64,000 nucleotides of DNA from a virus: the IMG/VR virus record IMGVR_UViG_3300045988_160427; one strand, given 5' to 3'. The notes below the pieces were generated by a model. It saw only the letters and a list, made by a program, of their open reading frames with translations, ran no database searches and was not told the origin of the DNA. Shown here piece by piece: positions 8,201 through 17,804 of the stretch (within the stretch, counting starts at the first letter, position 1; every line of letters begins with the position of its first letter). Made by a program: the position numbers and the translations under genes.

Positions 8201-10266
8201 GCATGACCGATTTACAATTTGCGAATTTTAAAAAACAACTACAAGAGGCTGGATATCAAATTTTAGACTTAAATTCTTCTACGGATGACTGGTTATCTGT
8301 GCTAGAGGGAAATCATATTGTGGAAGTTATTGGAGATGCTAAAATTGGTGATTTGCCCTCTCTTGTTGCTTACTTGGAAGATTTGGGTTTCACTGATTCA
8401 CAAATACATGATGTTGTTAATAATTTACAAGTAACAGCTGGTGTAACTTTTAATGCTGATGGGAGTGAAACAACACCTGAACAGGTTCAGTCTGAGATAG
8501 ATAAGCTCGACCAAGAAGAAGCAAATGTTTATGTATTGGTCGGCGTGGAAGGGGAAGAACAAGTTGATTCCGCAAAGGAAAAAATTGATTCTATACCAAA
8601 TCAACAAACTAAAACAGTAACCATTAATGTTAAAACAAAAACCACAGGTCCCTTTTCTACGGAAAAAACAATAGATGATATAGCCAGAGAAGCAGGATAT
8701 GGTCGATTTTTAACCGAGGGAAACTGGACAGGAACTTCAGCGAATGGTGTGCCCAAAAATGAATTATCCTGGTTAGGAGAAAAAGGTCCTGAATTAGTAA
8801 CTGATAAAAAGGGTAAAAATGCTTATATAGCTGGATTAAATGGAGCAGAACTGGGTTATCTTCGTAAGGGTGATGTAGTTTATAATGCTAAAGATACTAG
8901 GGATATTTTAAGTGGTGTTGGTAACGTAGAAGGATTAGGAGATATAGATGAAAATTGGTCTGCTCCATCCGTGCCGAAAAAGAATACTAATACTGGAACC
9001 ACGTCTACTAAAAAAACATCTTCGTCTTCTTCGAATAATAATTCATCTTCTGATTCTGATGCTGAAAGAGAACAAGAAGAGGCGTTAAGAAGACAGAAAG
9101 AAAATTTTGAAGATGCATTAGATTATATTCAAGATTTAGCTGATAAAGAGATAGAAGCATTAGAAGAGCAAAAAAAAGAAGAACAAGAGTATTGGGATGC
9201 CAAGATAGAGGCATTGCAAAAGCAAAATGAGGAACTAGACAAACAACTTGAATTAGAAGAAGCGTTAGAAAACCTTGCTAAAGCACAAAATACAAGAGTT
9301 AGAATATATAGAGAAGGCCAAGGCTTTGTTTATGAAAGCGATATGGCCGCTGTTAATGAAGCACAAAAAGAATTAGATGATATAAAAAGAGAACAGGCCT
9401 ATGAAGAAGAATTAGAAAATTTAGAGAATCAAAAAGAAGCGGCAGAAGAAGCGATTGATGCACAAATTCAATACTGGGAAGATTACAAAGAATTATGGGA
9501 AGATGCTGCTAATTCTTATGAAAATAATCAAAAGCGTTTAATTGCTGAACAGTTATTTGGATTAAATCAGGAGCAAGAAAATTGGGAAAAACGTCTGGGG
9601 AATTTACAGAGTTTTGTAGACCAATATAATGCTATTCTGCAACAATTGGATGACAACTACATTTCTCCAGGCGGTAGTGGTTCTTCTGTTGGCACTGGGA
9701 AGGTTTCTAGTTCTAGTGGCACATTAAAGTCAGGGAGTCGTGGTGATGCCGTCAAGGCCCTACAAAATGCCTTAAATTCGTTGGGGTATGGAAATTTAGC
9801 TGTGGATGGAATCATGGGTTCAAAAACAGTAGCAGCCCTTAAAAGATTCCAAAAAGATTCTGGAATTAGTGCAGACGGGATAGTTGGCACTAATACTCGA
9901 AATGCTTTTGCTGCTAAGGGTTTTGCGTCTGGGAGTTCGTATATTCCCCGCAATATGATAGGGCGAATAAACGAAGATGGTAGCGAACTTTATATTCCAC
10001 CTGAACAAAATATTTTGGCTCCACTTAGCAAGGGTGCTGGAATTGTCCCACATACCTTGGCACAAAATTTAATGGAAATTGGGAAATATCATCCTTCTCA
10101 ATTGTTGAACGCTAGTGCTGTAAGTAATAAAGATAGCATTAGCAAAAACAATTATTTTAATTTTGATAAGCTCGTTTTGCCTAATGTAACCAATGCTGAA
10201 TCATTTGTTTCTACACTAAAGAACAATTTTATGTCAACTGCTATCCAGGTTGGGAGTTTTAGATGA
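5209..10266 (+). CDS. tail tape measure protein with C-terminal peptidoglycan-binding (PG_binding_1) domain
   Basis: 1685 aa, GTG start, long coiled-coil/KE-rich stretches, Ser-rich low-complexity tract, 'GDAVKALQNALNSLGYGNLAVDGIMGSKTVAALKRFQKDSGISADGIVGTNTRNAF' PG-binding repeat. Confidence 0.85.
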   Translation: MVCLASSNNYHILVKAILDESNLQGQINKAASKIKNVKIGDAGTKTATSGFNKMNQAIDKTSQSMSDIIKKTVKWQAGTQAIDAIYNSFRSGVSAVFELDAAMTELRKVSDLTGDELTEFGDKALKVGERVARTATQVIEAATEFTKSGFNDIESLQLAEVASMFQNVADEEVNAGDAASFLISQMKAFNITAEESEHIVDAVNEVANKFAVSSGDLATAVPKVAATMAQAGNSMEQTLGLLTAGAEMMPGQASRVARGLRSITLNLQAMDDSGQQDLELLASMEKDFNKIGITLQGTDGQLKSTFDILSELAEVWDTLDQNTKNYYASLIGGKTQVDVVNSVISNFDSALGATEAGMNSFGSAARENAAYLDSIEGRMSALTAQFQRFFTEGISSDSVKNVLGLATAILEVVNSIGGLQTFLPIIISFATIFIGKQFPNGVNNLKNSFTNLLQPLKDLPTAISLAIGEFTRLKSSGVSSFSALAGSASSFFSLIGPGAIIGIGATLFSVINGVINAQEEAHAQMIQDAEQKNSELKRQRESLEKEIASYQELAEKRNDSSSDTERLKYNEEIAQVQENIVDLVGAEANGLDLVNGNLDEQLSKLGSLHEILTDNQKLQLELLMQDAETDYNESLGSMEQFYDEIATITGKTEEEIRSAFESGSDEIYDYISQTNKELQRQAKENDNFYLANNFANMSQDFLTKQEAYYDYQNQLLEASTYEQEQILSDFINERDDLFANGEIDSKESLMKLVEAIKDGTLDVGEAALEAGVDVNTYRQRLLELVEEKYGAKFANSISELRTVINAEGEEITAAATGFAKKIEEALKIEPETASLETSVEGYKKLLENVSSGNWGAQTQELMSLFFGEDWVQQFDGDLETAGKHVKEKWGSFFQYFQDGNFGNFANIIQNSGVDAALASVGADGSLNIDFSRLDELAAKLGVSKEMLTTIMKAYEQTGGVINYELDDMIARAEQLGLITETASGNFISLGANAQEALGMTDLQFANFKKQLQEAGYQILDLNSSTDDWLSVLEGNHIVEVIGDAKIGDLPSLVAYLEDLGFTDSQIHDVVNNLQVTAGVTFNADGSETTPEQVQSEIDKLDQEEANVYVLVGVEGEEQVDSAKEKIDSIPNQQTKTVTINVKTKTTGPFSTEKTIDDIAREAGYGRFLTEGNWTGTSANGVPKNELSWLGEKGPELVTDKKGKNAYIAGLNGAELGYLRKGDVVYNAKDTRDILSGVGNVEGLGDIDENWSAPSVPKKNTNTGTTSTKKTSSSSSNNNSSSDSDAEREQEEALRRQKENFEDALDYIQDLADKEIEALEEQKKEEQEYWDAKIEALQKQNEELDKQLELEEALENLAKAQNTRVRIYREGQGFVYESDMAAVNEAQKELDDIKREQAYEEELENLENQKEAAEEAIDAQIQYWEDYKELWEDAANSYENNQKRLIAEQLFGLNQEQENWEKRLGNLQSFVDQYNAILQQLDDNYISPGGSGSSVGTGKVSSSSGTLKSGSRGDAVKALQNALNSLGYGNLAVDGIMGSKTVAALKRFQKDSGISADGIVGTNTRNAFAAKGFASGSSYIPRNMIGRINEDGSELYIPPEQNILAPLSKGAGIVPHTLAQNLMEIGKYHPSQLLNASAVSNKDSISKNNYFNFDKLVLPNVTNAESFVSTLKNNFMSTAIQVGSFR

Positions 10267-10299
10267 AATTCTCAATCTGGATAAAAAAGAGGTATAAAA

Positions 10300-10545
10300 A
10301 TGAACAATGAAAAAATGGCAATGATAGAAATAATAAAAGGAATAGAGTATTTAATAAACAAAAATGATAGAAGTACTAAAATTTATACTGGAATGATAGA
10401 AAGTATAGACAATAATACTTATACTGTTAAAGTAAATGGAAAGAATTATCAGTTACCTTTATATGGTAACAACACATTGTCGGTAGGAAGTATTGTTAAA
10501 GTATTTATTCCACAAAACAATATGAATTTAGCTTTTATCATGTGA
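10300..10545 (+). CDS. hypothetical tail-module protein
   Basis: RBS AAGAGG; 81 aa. Confidence 0.4.
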   Translation: MNNEKMAMIEIIKGIEYLINKNDRSTKIYTGMIESIDNNTYTVKVNGKNYQLPLYGNNTLSVGSIVKVFIPQNNMNLAFIM

Positions 10546-10560
10546 AAGAGTTGATATTAA

Positions 10561-10941
10561 ATGTTTTGTTGTGAAAACGTTTTAAAAGGGGCAAACAGGA
10601 GTCCCCGCATAAAAGATGGAAAAATTTATTGGTATGAAGGAGATACATTTCTATGGTCGATGAAATTTGTTATCAAGAAATGTGATGGAACAGATTATAT
10701 TTTACAACCAACCGATAAAATAACAGTAGAATTTAAAAAGAATTTACATACTCCTGATAATATTTATAGTTTTGAGTTTCAAAATCAAGAATATCCTGAC
10801 AATACAATTACAATGGAATTTACTTCTGAAATAACATCTTTGTTTCCATATGGATTTTATAAAATAGGAGTAAAATTAGAAGATGATGATATTACGACTC
10901 TTTTACCAGCAACAACCATATGTGTAGAGAATGTGGTGTAA
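10561..10941 (+). CDS. hypothetical tail-module protein
   Basis: 126-aa ORF in structural operon. Confidence 0.4.
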   Translation: MFCCENVLKGANRSPRIKDGKIYWYEGDTFLWSMKFVIKKCDGTDYILQPTDKITVEFKKNLHTPDNIYSFEFQNQEYPDNTITMEFTSEITSLFPYGFYKIGVKLEDDDITTLLPATTICVENVV

Positions 10942-11324
10942 TTATGGAAAACATGATTATTTTGAGTGAAGAAGGAAATTGTGTTACTGATGTTGTTGTA
11001 GAATTTAATCGAAGTCGTGTTGTATATAAAGAAGGAGATTATAATAATTTAGAGAACTTACCTAGTATTAATGATACTATTTTAATGGGTAATAAAAGCT
11101 CTAGTGAACTAAAATTACTTGGTGAGTTACATAAATATGATACTTATTTAGAATTTCCTTCTATACCTGATAGTAATTATGTGAATGATATTTTTCTTGA
11201 TGTTTCTGAAAATATGATATATAGATGGGATTCACAAAATTTAAAATACTACTGTATTGGTTCTGATTATAGAAATATAGAAGTTATTAATGGAGGTAGA
11301 GCAATTTGGCACAAAGACAATTAA
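10920..11324 (+). CDS. hypothetical tail-module protein
   Basis: 134-aa ORF overlapping neighbours. Confidence 0.4.
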   Translation: MCRECGVIMENMIILSEEGNCVTDVVVEFNRSRVVYKEGDYNNLENLPSINDTILMGNKSSSELKLLGELHKYDTYLEFPSIPDSNYVNDIFLDVSENMIYRWDSQNLKYYCIGSDYRNIEVINGGRAIWHKDN

Positions 11325-12619
11325 CAAGCAGAATTATTATAAGAAATGACACATCCGCTAATTGGAAATTGGCAAATCCAGTTTTATTAAAAGGTGAAAT
11401 TGGAATTGAAACAGATACAGGTATAGCAAAATATGGTGATGGCGTTGTAACATGGGATAAAGCCCCAGAGCTAAATGCTTCTACAACCGTCGTAAAAAAT
11501 GCGGCACCTACATCAAGTGATAGTGGGTATAAGTTAGGAACATTATGGCTAGATACGACTAATTCAAAGGCGTATTTGATATACAACAATACCGCTTCTG
11601 AGGCTGTATGGAAACAATTAGTCACACCAGACGATTTGTCAGAACTAGGCGCTGGCGACATGCTTAAATCACAGTTTGCTAACAATCCTAAAGCTGAACA
11701 AGGATATGTAAATGCGTCTATTAAATCTGATACAACAGATGCTATAAAAAATAGTACTCCTGATACATCAAACAATTTAACTCTAAATGATAATGCAAGT
11801 GGAGTTGACGCAGATACAAATAATGCTTTGTGGTCTGCGAACAAAATTAAGGGGTTAATAGACCAAAAATTAGATGTAAATGGAACTGTTTCAGGTTCTA
11901 ATGTTTCTGTTACTCCCCCAAGTGGTATGGATACAAGTGCAACAAATGCACAACTTGCTATTAATGATTTACAGGAACAAATTTCTGAAAAACAAGATAA
12001 AATTACTCTAACTGCTGATAGAGCGGTAATTACAGGTAGTGGTGGCGAATTATCTGTTAGTGCTGTTACGTCGACAGAGTTAGGATATTTATCAGGGGTA
12101 ACAGGAGGAATACAAGAGCAAATTGACAACATCCCAAAGTATAATTTTGTGACTGGTGTTGCAATCAGTGTCGCAGATGGTACGAAGCAAACTGCGATTG
12201 ATACGGCGGCTATAGCCAAAATTAAAGAAGCGCATGAAAGCTCAGAAAAGTGGGATGCTTGCGACGTTCAAATCACTTTTACTCCGTCTGATGTTGTAAA
12301 AGATGCTATTTATTATTATAATGGTACTGATTGGGTATTTTTACATTATTCTACAACGGGAGTACAAGTTGCTAATGGTTCAACTGCTGGTATTGTAGAA
12401 AGCTCTGAGGATATTAGTTTTGTTAATGGGAAAGGTACGGTTTCTCCTAATTTTATTAAAGTCACTCAAATTGCTAGTATTTCTCAAGTTGGTGTTGTTA
12501 AAGCATCTAATGCGGGAAATGGTGTATCTGTTGCCTCTGATGGTGCCATGACTGTTGGAAGTGATGTTTTGCTTGCAACGGATACTTTTGTTTTGAATGG
12601 TGGAACTGCGACTGTATGA
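11306..12619 (+). CDS. tail fibre protein with HylP-type (streptococcal phage hyaluronidase-like) N-terminal domain
   Basis: TTG start; 'RIIIRNDTSANWKLANPVLLKGEIGIETDTGIAKYGDGVVTWDKAPEL' matches the conserved N-terminus of HylP/tail-fibre proteins ('LEGEIGFETDTGFAKFGDG'). Confidence 0.6.
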   Translation: MAQRQLTSRIIIRNDTSANWKLANPVLLKGEIGIETDTGIAKYGDGVVTWDKAPELNASTTVVKNAAPTSSDSGYKLGTLWLDTTNSKAYLIYNNTASEAVWKQLVTPDDLSELGAGDMLKSQFANNPKAEQGYVNASIKSDTTDAIKNSTPDTSNNLTLNDNASGVDADTNNALWSANKIKGLIDQKLDVNGTVSGSNVSVTPPSGMDTSATNAQLAINDLQEQISEKQDKITLTADRAVITGSGGELSVSAVTSTELGYLSGVTGGIQEQIDNIPKYNFVTGVAISVADGTKQTAIDTAAIAKIKEAHESSEKWDACDVQITFTPSDVVKDAIYYYNGTDWVFLHYSTTGVQVANGSTAGIVESSEDISFVNGKGTVSPNFIKVTQIASISQVGVVKASNAGNGVSVASDGAMTVGSDVLLATDTFVLNGGTATV

Positions 12620-12639
12620 TTATATAAGGGGACATAAGG

Positions 12640-12966
12640 ATGGCACAAAGACAATTAACAAGTAGAATTATTATAAGAAATGATACAGACAATAACTGGA
12701 AAACATCTAATCCTGTTCTATCAAAAGGTGAAATTGGAATTGTTACAAGTGTTCAGCCTTATAGAATAAAAATAGGGGATGGGGTTTCTAATTGGGAAAC
12801 CCTTCCCTATTTTAAATTAGAGGAACAATATGTAGAAGGATTAGTAGATAGTTTATCAGAGTTAAATAGTATGATTTCTTCTAACACTCAAAGAATAGAG
12901 GACAATACTACGCGAATTGATGCTTTAGAGCAAAAAGAAGATAGATTTACTTATGTAACTATTTAA
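12640..12966 (+). CDS. short paralog sharing the HylP-type N-terminal anchor domain (coiled-coil tail)
   Basis: 'MAQRQLTSRIIIRNDTDNNWKTSNPVLSKGEIGI' near-identical to N-terminus of 11306..12619; ~46-nt DNA repeat. Confidence 0.5.
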   Translation: MAQRQLTSRIIIRNDTDNNWKTSNPVLSKGEIGIVTSVQPYRIKIGDGVSNWETLPYFKLEEQYVEGLVDSLSELNSMISSNTQRIEDNTTRIDALEQKEDRFTYVTI

Positions 12967-12982
12967 GAAAGAAGGTGGGAAA

Positions 12983-14182
12983 ATGGCATTGGTGAAACCA
13001 GTGTTAAATACTGTTGATTCATTTGATGCAATAAATCAACAAGTGTTTACTTTTAATTATAACGGGGCAGAACAAATAGTAAAAAACAAATTAACAATTC
13101 GAGAAAATTTAAGGAATGAAGTTGTTTATTCTCAGTCTCAAAATGGTTTGAAGTATGAGCATATTCTTCCTGCTAACACATTAAAAAATGGCACTTATTA
13201 TAATGCTTATTTAACAGTGTTTGATTCCAATGACACAGAAAGTCCTGAAAGTAATGTTGTTCAATTTTATTGCTATGCTACACCTTCTTTTATATTAACA
13301 AATATGCCAACAGGAAATGTTATTGAAAATGCGTCATATAATTTTACCTTTCAATATACTCAGTCTCAAAATCAACCATTAAATATTTATGTGGTAAATT
13401 TATATGATAGTAATAAAAGATTGTTAAGTAGTAGTGGAGATTTGTATGCAGGAAGCACAAATGTTCCTTTAGATTTATCTTATACTATTGCTGGGTTTGA
13501 TGACGATACTACATATTACATAGAGATTACAGGCACAACTATAAATAATTTTTCTTTTGGGTCTGAATTAATTGAATTTACTGTTAATTATACAAGACCC
13601 AATATGTTTACATTACTAGAAATTACAAACTTGTGTAAAGAGGGTTATATAAACATAAAGTCAAACTTGATAAGTATTGACGGAGAAACAAATGCTAACC
13701 CGCCAAAATACATAGGAAATGAAGAAATTGATTTAACAGATGATGGAATATGGGCTAAGTGGACACAGGGTTTTGAAATTAACGGAGGATTTACCTCAAT
13801 GATATTGGGGCGTTCTTTTAATCCCTATACAAATATTGTTACTTATTCTAACACTAATGGGGATAAGATTGAATTATTTTATCAAAAAGGTTATAATGAG
13901 AATGATGAATATAAAGATTATGTATCAGCTAAAGTTACACCTTTGAATGGGTTATCATATTATATTTATAGCAATTATATAAATGAAGCGAATGGTTTGG
14001 AATATGTATTTATTTGGTTCAGAAGAATACAAAATCTTTATGAGCTACAAATAGAGAACTTAGGAATTGACAATGATAGATTACTATATTATATGGATAC
14101 GTTAAATCCTGATGTATATTTTGTTGATTCTGATAATTCTTATTATATTGGATATTGGGAGGGGGTAAACCATGGCAAGTGA
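12983..14182 (+). CDS. tail/baseplate structural protein
   Basis: 399-aa ORF, RBS GGTGGGAAAA; position in fibre cluster. Confidence 0.45.
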   Translation: MALVKPVLNTVDSFDAINQQVFTFNYNGAEQIVKNKLTIRENLRNEVVYSQSQNGLKYEHILPANTLKNGTYYNAYLTVFDSNDTESPESNVVQFYCYATPSFILTNMPTGNVIENASYNFTFQYTQSQNQPLNIYVVNLYDSNKRLLSSSGDLYAGSTNVPLDLSYTIAGFDDDTTYYIEITGTTINNFSFGSELIEFTVNYTRPNMFTLLEITNLCKEGYINIKSNLISIDGETNANPPKYIGNEEIDLTDDGIWAKWTQGFEINGGFTSMILGRSFNPYTNIVTYSNTNGDKIELFYQKGYNENDEYKDYVSAKVTPLNGLSYYIYSNYINEANGLEYVFIWFRRIQNLYELQIENLGIDNDRLLYYMDTLNPDVYFVDSDNSYYIGYWEGVNHGK

Positions 14183-14756
14183 CCAAACAAAACTATTGGC
14201 ATCGGTTGATAGTACTGTTTCTATGTTGACCTCTGATGGTTTTATCATAAATAACAATCAAAATATTAAACAAATTGAATTACAAGATATACAATCTTTA
14301 TGGAAAGCGGATATACAAAGCGCCATTCAATCTGCGATAAGCACTTTTACTAATTCCTTTTTCCCGATTGGAACAGTTATTATTCTTGATTCTGCCACAG
14401 CAAATCCTAATACTTATTTAAGCGGTACTTGGGAAAATATAGCATCAGGCAGTTTTCTAGTAGGGGTAAATAGTAATGATGATGATTTTTCTACTACAGG
14501 AAAAACAGGGGGCGAAAAAGAAGTAACCTTAACTGTATCTGAAATGCCTAGTCATAATCATGGATATAACGGAGTTAATACAGGCGCTAAAGTAACGGCT
14601 AAGTTTGGTGCATATCCTATTCGTTTATATCAAGATTATGCTGCTAACTGGTGGGGGCCAGGTAGTACAAGCGGAATTTCTTCATCAGGTGGTGGAGAAG
14701 CTCATAATAATTTGCCTCCTTACTATTGTGTTTATTATTGGAAAAGAGTGTCTTAA
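14172..14756 (+). CDS. phage tail collar-domain fibre protein
   Basis: 'LTVSEMPSHNHG' = tail-collar (MPSHxH) motif. Confidence 0.55.
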   Translation: MASDQTKLLASVDSTVSMLTSDGFIINNNQNIKQIELQDIQSLWKADIQSAIQSAISTFTNSFFPIGTVIILDSATANPNTYLSGTWENIASGSFLVGVNSNDDDFSTTGKTGGEKEVTLTVSEMPSHNHGYNGVNTGAKVTAKFGAYPIRLYQDYAANWWGPGSTSGISSSGGGEAHNNLPPYYCVYYWKRVS

Positions 14757-15662
14757 ATGTTTGAATTTTTGAATTATAATTTTTTTTCAGACAAAAATTG
14801 TTTAGACCCAGTACCAACTTCAATAGAAAATATTACGCAGGTTCAAATTCAAAATGGAATTTATGACGAGGTATACATTACAAAGGATGTAGAATCTTCT
14901 TATAGTACAAATATACCAGAATGGGATTACAATACAATTTTTGATGCTAAATTTCATAATAATTTAACAGCAGGCAATTTAGATTTTTTGTCTACACAAA
15001 TTTCTGAAATTAGAGTGAAAAGGCGTGTAAAGGGTACATTTAACTGGATAACTGTGGGAATATTTGAGGTTCATAGCTTTTCAGATATTACTAATTTAGT
15101 TTTTAATGATTATTTCAATAGGAATAATGTAGAATATGAATATGCTTTTGTGCCAGTAGTAGAAGGTATTGAGGGACAATATATTATAAACGATGTCTTT
15201 AGTCAATTTGATGGTATTTTTATTGCGGATATAAATTCTATTTATAAATTTTATTCAGACGTTAGCTATGGTTCTTCTACCAGGGTACAAAAAGTGGGTG
15301 TTTTTGAGCCGATTGGCAAAAAATATCCTATTATTGTCTCTAATTCATTGTTGAATTATAATACTGGTAGTGTAACAGGGAATATTCTTCCAAAAGATTA
15401 TTTAATTAACAGAGTTTTGGATAGATTTGAAATGGTGGAGGAACGCAAGGCAATAGAAGATTTTCTTACAACTAAAACTGCTAAAGTCTTAAAAGACTGG
15501 AATGGGAATATTTGGTGTGTTTTTGTTACTGATTCACCTACTGTAAATTATGTAGCCAATTATGGAATGGGAATATCTTCCGTTAGTTTTTCATGGACGG
15601 AAATTGGAGATTTAGATAACCAAGAAGATTGGGATACAAATAATTTAGTAAAGGAGGGATAA
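14757..15662 (+). CDS. tail/baseplate structural protein
   Basis: 301-aa ORF in structural operon. Confidence 0.4.
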   Translation: MFEFLNYNFFSDKNCLDPVPTSIENITQVQIQNGIYDEVYITKDVESSYSTNIPEWDYNTIFDAKFHNNLTAGNLDFLSTQISEIRVKRRVKGTFNWITVGIFEVHSFSDITNLVFNDYFNRNNVEYEYAFVPVVEGIEGQYIINDVFSQFDGIFIADINSIYKFYSDVSYGSSTRVQKVGVFEPIGKKYPIIVSNSLLNYNTGSVTGNILPKDYLINRVLDRFEMVEERKAIEDFLTTKTAKVLKDWNGNIWCVFVTDSPTVNYVANYGMGISSVSFSWTEIGDLDNQEDWDTNNLVKEG

Positions 15663-15665
15663 TGA

Positions 15666-17051
15666 ATGGTTTCCATTACCGGGTCGATGTATAATGATGC
15701 CAAGAGAAATATACGGGATTTGCGTGTGAAAATAAATTTATTAAATTTTGATATGCAAATAATTGATGAAATCACAGGAGTTATTTTAGATGGTAATATT
15801 ACTGTGGATGCAACTGCGGATATAAGAAGAACATGTAGTCTTTCATTGATTGTGAAAGACAGCACACTGGAATTACAACCAGGGGGGAGAATTTGGATAG
15901 ATAAATATTTTCAAGTATTTGTAGACTATCTAAATAATGGTAATTGGATAAATATGGGAATATATTTAGTAGATGCACCCTCATGGAGTTATGACCCAGG
16001 AAATTCTACATTATCTCTCCAAGGTTTAGATTTGATGTCTAAATTAACTGGACAAAGGAATGGTTATTTAGAAGGTATTCCAACTATTATTCCACAAGAT
16101 AGTAGCATAAGAAATTCTATGATTAGTGTTATCACAGAATTGGGCGGGTTTAAAAATTATATAATTGAAGATAATCCGCAAACTGTCCCTTATGAAATAA
16201 AAATAGACCAAGGTGGAACTGTGTACGATATTTTAGTAGAGTTAAGAGATATTACACCTAATTATGAAATTTTTTTTGATGTTGATGGTGTCTTTCACTA
16301 TCAACAAATTCCAAGTAGACAAAATGAATCTTCTTATATAGGGGATGATATGTGGACACAAATTGTTCTTTCAGAAACTACAAGTGTTGAATTTGGAGAA
16401 GTAAAGAATGTAGTTGAGGTTTATGGAATGTCTCATGACCCCTCTCATTATGGAGAAGCTACGGTGAGCGGAAACACATACAATGTAACAATGGCAGGTG
16501 TCGAAGGTTTAACAGATGGACTGATTTATGGTTTTACAGCCCCTACCATTGTAGAGAATCCAATGTTGAAAATCAATTCATTGCCTGCTTATCCGTTGGT
16601 TAATGAAGATGGGAGCAACGCTATTATTCCTCAAGAGAACACATTTTATGTTGTACAGTATAAAGGCCAGGATAATTTTTTGTTTTTAGGTTACCAACAG
16701 CCTTATGCTATCTCTAAAGATGAAAATCCTGAATCTCCTTTCTATATTGGTAGTATAGGGGAAATTAGGCAAGTATTTTATGGAGATGAATATGAAAATA
16801 TTTGGAGTAATGACCTCGCCCAACAACGTGCTGATTATGAACTATGGTTGCATACTCGTTTGAATGATAACATTACTTTATCAGTTGTTCCCTTGTATTG
16901 GTTAGATGTTAATATTTTAGTAGATTATACAAGAATAAACACAGATACTACCAATCAATATATTATAAAAAGTATCGACACTAACTTAGCCCCAGATGGT
17001 ACACAAACTATTAATATGATTAGATATTATCCCCTATATCCTGATATTTAA
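15666..17051 (+). CDS. tail/baseplate structural protein
   Basis: 461-aa ORF in structural operon. Confidence 0.4.
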   Translation: MVSITGSMYNDAKRNIRDLRVKINLLNFDMQIIDEITGVILDGNITVDATADIRRTCSLSLIVKDSTLELQPGGRIWIDKYFQVFVDYLNNGNWINMGIYLVDAPSWSYDPGNSTLSLQGLDLMSKLTGQRNGYLEGIPTIIPQDSSIRNSMISVITELGGFKNYIIEDNPQTVPYEIKIDQGGTVYDILVELRDITPNYEIFFDVDGVFHYQQIPSRQNESSYIGDDMWTQIVLSETTSVEFGEVKNVVEVYGMSHDPSHYGEATVSGNTYNVTMAGVEGLTDGLIYGFTAPTIVENPMLKINSLPAYPLVNEDGSNAIIPQENTFYVVQYKGQDNFLFLGYQQPYAISKDENPESPFYIGSIGEIRQVFYGDEYENIWSNDLAQQRADYELWLHTRLNDNITLSVVPLYWLDVNILVDYTRINTDTTNQYIIKSIDTNLAPDGTQTINMIRYYPLYPDI

Positions 17052-17063
17052 GAAGGTGAGAAA

Positions 17064-17804
17064 ATGAGCGCTACATATCAAGATTTGGAATTTACTACAT
17101 TTCCAGATGCGATACAAAATTTTACGACAATGCAAGATGTTACAGCGTCGGACGGTGTTTTAATTAAGCAATATCAAGAAGCAATGGAAAATGGAGATTT
17201 GGAAACCGCACAAAAAATTTATCAACAAATTCCAGATGCTAATGCAAAAATTATAAATAGTATTAAGATTAATACTATTCAAGATACAGCAATGGCTTTG
17301 GAGAGATTTTTCAAAAATGATTTAACCAATTATGTTTCACAAAAACAAGAAGAATGGTTAAATATCGTTAATCAATTTACTTTGATAGGGAATTATAATA
17401 ATCAATCGTCTTATTTGAAACATAATTTAGTATACTATCCTGATGAATCTTCTAATGTTGTTTATATGGCTATAACCGATGTACCTAGTGGAATCTCTCC
17501 TTTGAATCCTTCATATTGGAGACAATTAACAATTCAAGGTGAAAAAGGTGATAAGGGTGATGGGATTAGTTATGTGGGTGAATGGCAATCAACTGTCTCT
17601 TATGAAGAAAATGTTTTGGTTACATATAAAAATGGGCTATATTTATCTTTACAAAGTCCGAACATTGGTAATATTCCATCTAATTCTTTAACTTACTGGC
17701 GGTTAATTGGGGACTTGACCCCAGCAGTATATCCAATTGTTCCCATAAACACCCCTCCTTCTGACTTGGGCGAGGGAGATATTTGGTTCGGAATTGTGGA
17801 GTGA
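17064..17804 (+). CDS. tail fibre-like protein with short collagen-like GxKG repeats
   Basis: 'GEKGDKGDGISYVGEWQS'; paralogous motif in next gene. Confidence 0.4.
   Translation: MSATYQDLEFTTFPDAIQNFTTMQDVTASDGVLIKQYQEAMENGDLETAQKIYQQIPDANAKIINSIKINTIQDTAMALERFFKNDLTNYVSQKQEEWLNIVNQFTLIGNYNNQSSYLKHNLVYYPDESSNVVYMAITDVPSGISPLNPSYWRQLTIQGEKGDKGDGISYVGEWQSTVSYEENVLVTYKNGLYLSLQSPNIGNIPSNSLTYWRLIGDLTPAVYPIVPINTPPSDLGEGDIWFGIVE

Noticed and set aside
11287-12219. 310-aa minus-strand ORF opposite the fibre gene (and 12507..12692 sharing 'LIIILLVNCLCA')
   Set aside because: Antisense shadow of the duplicated fibre N-terminus; the shared peptide simply mirrors the DNA repeat
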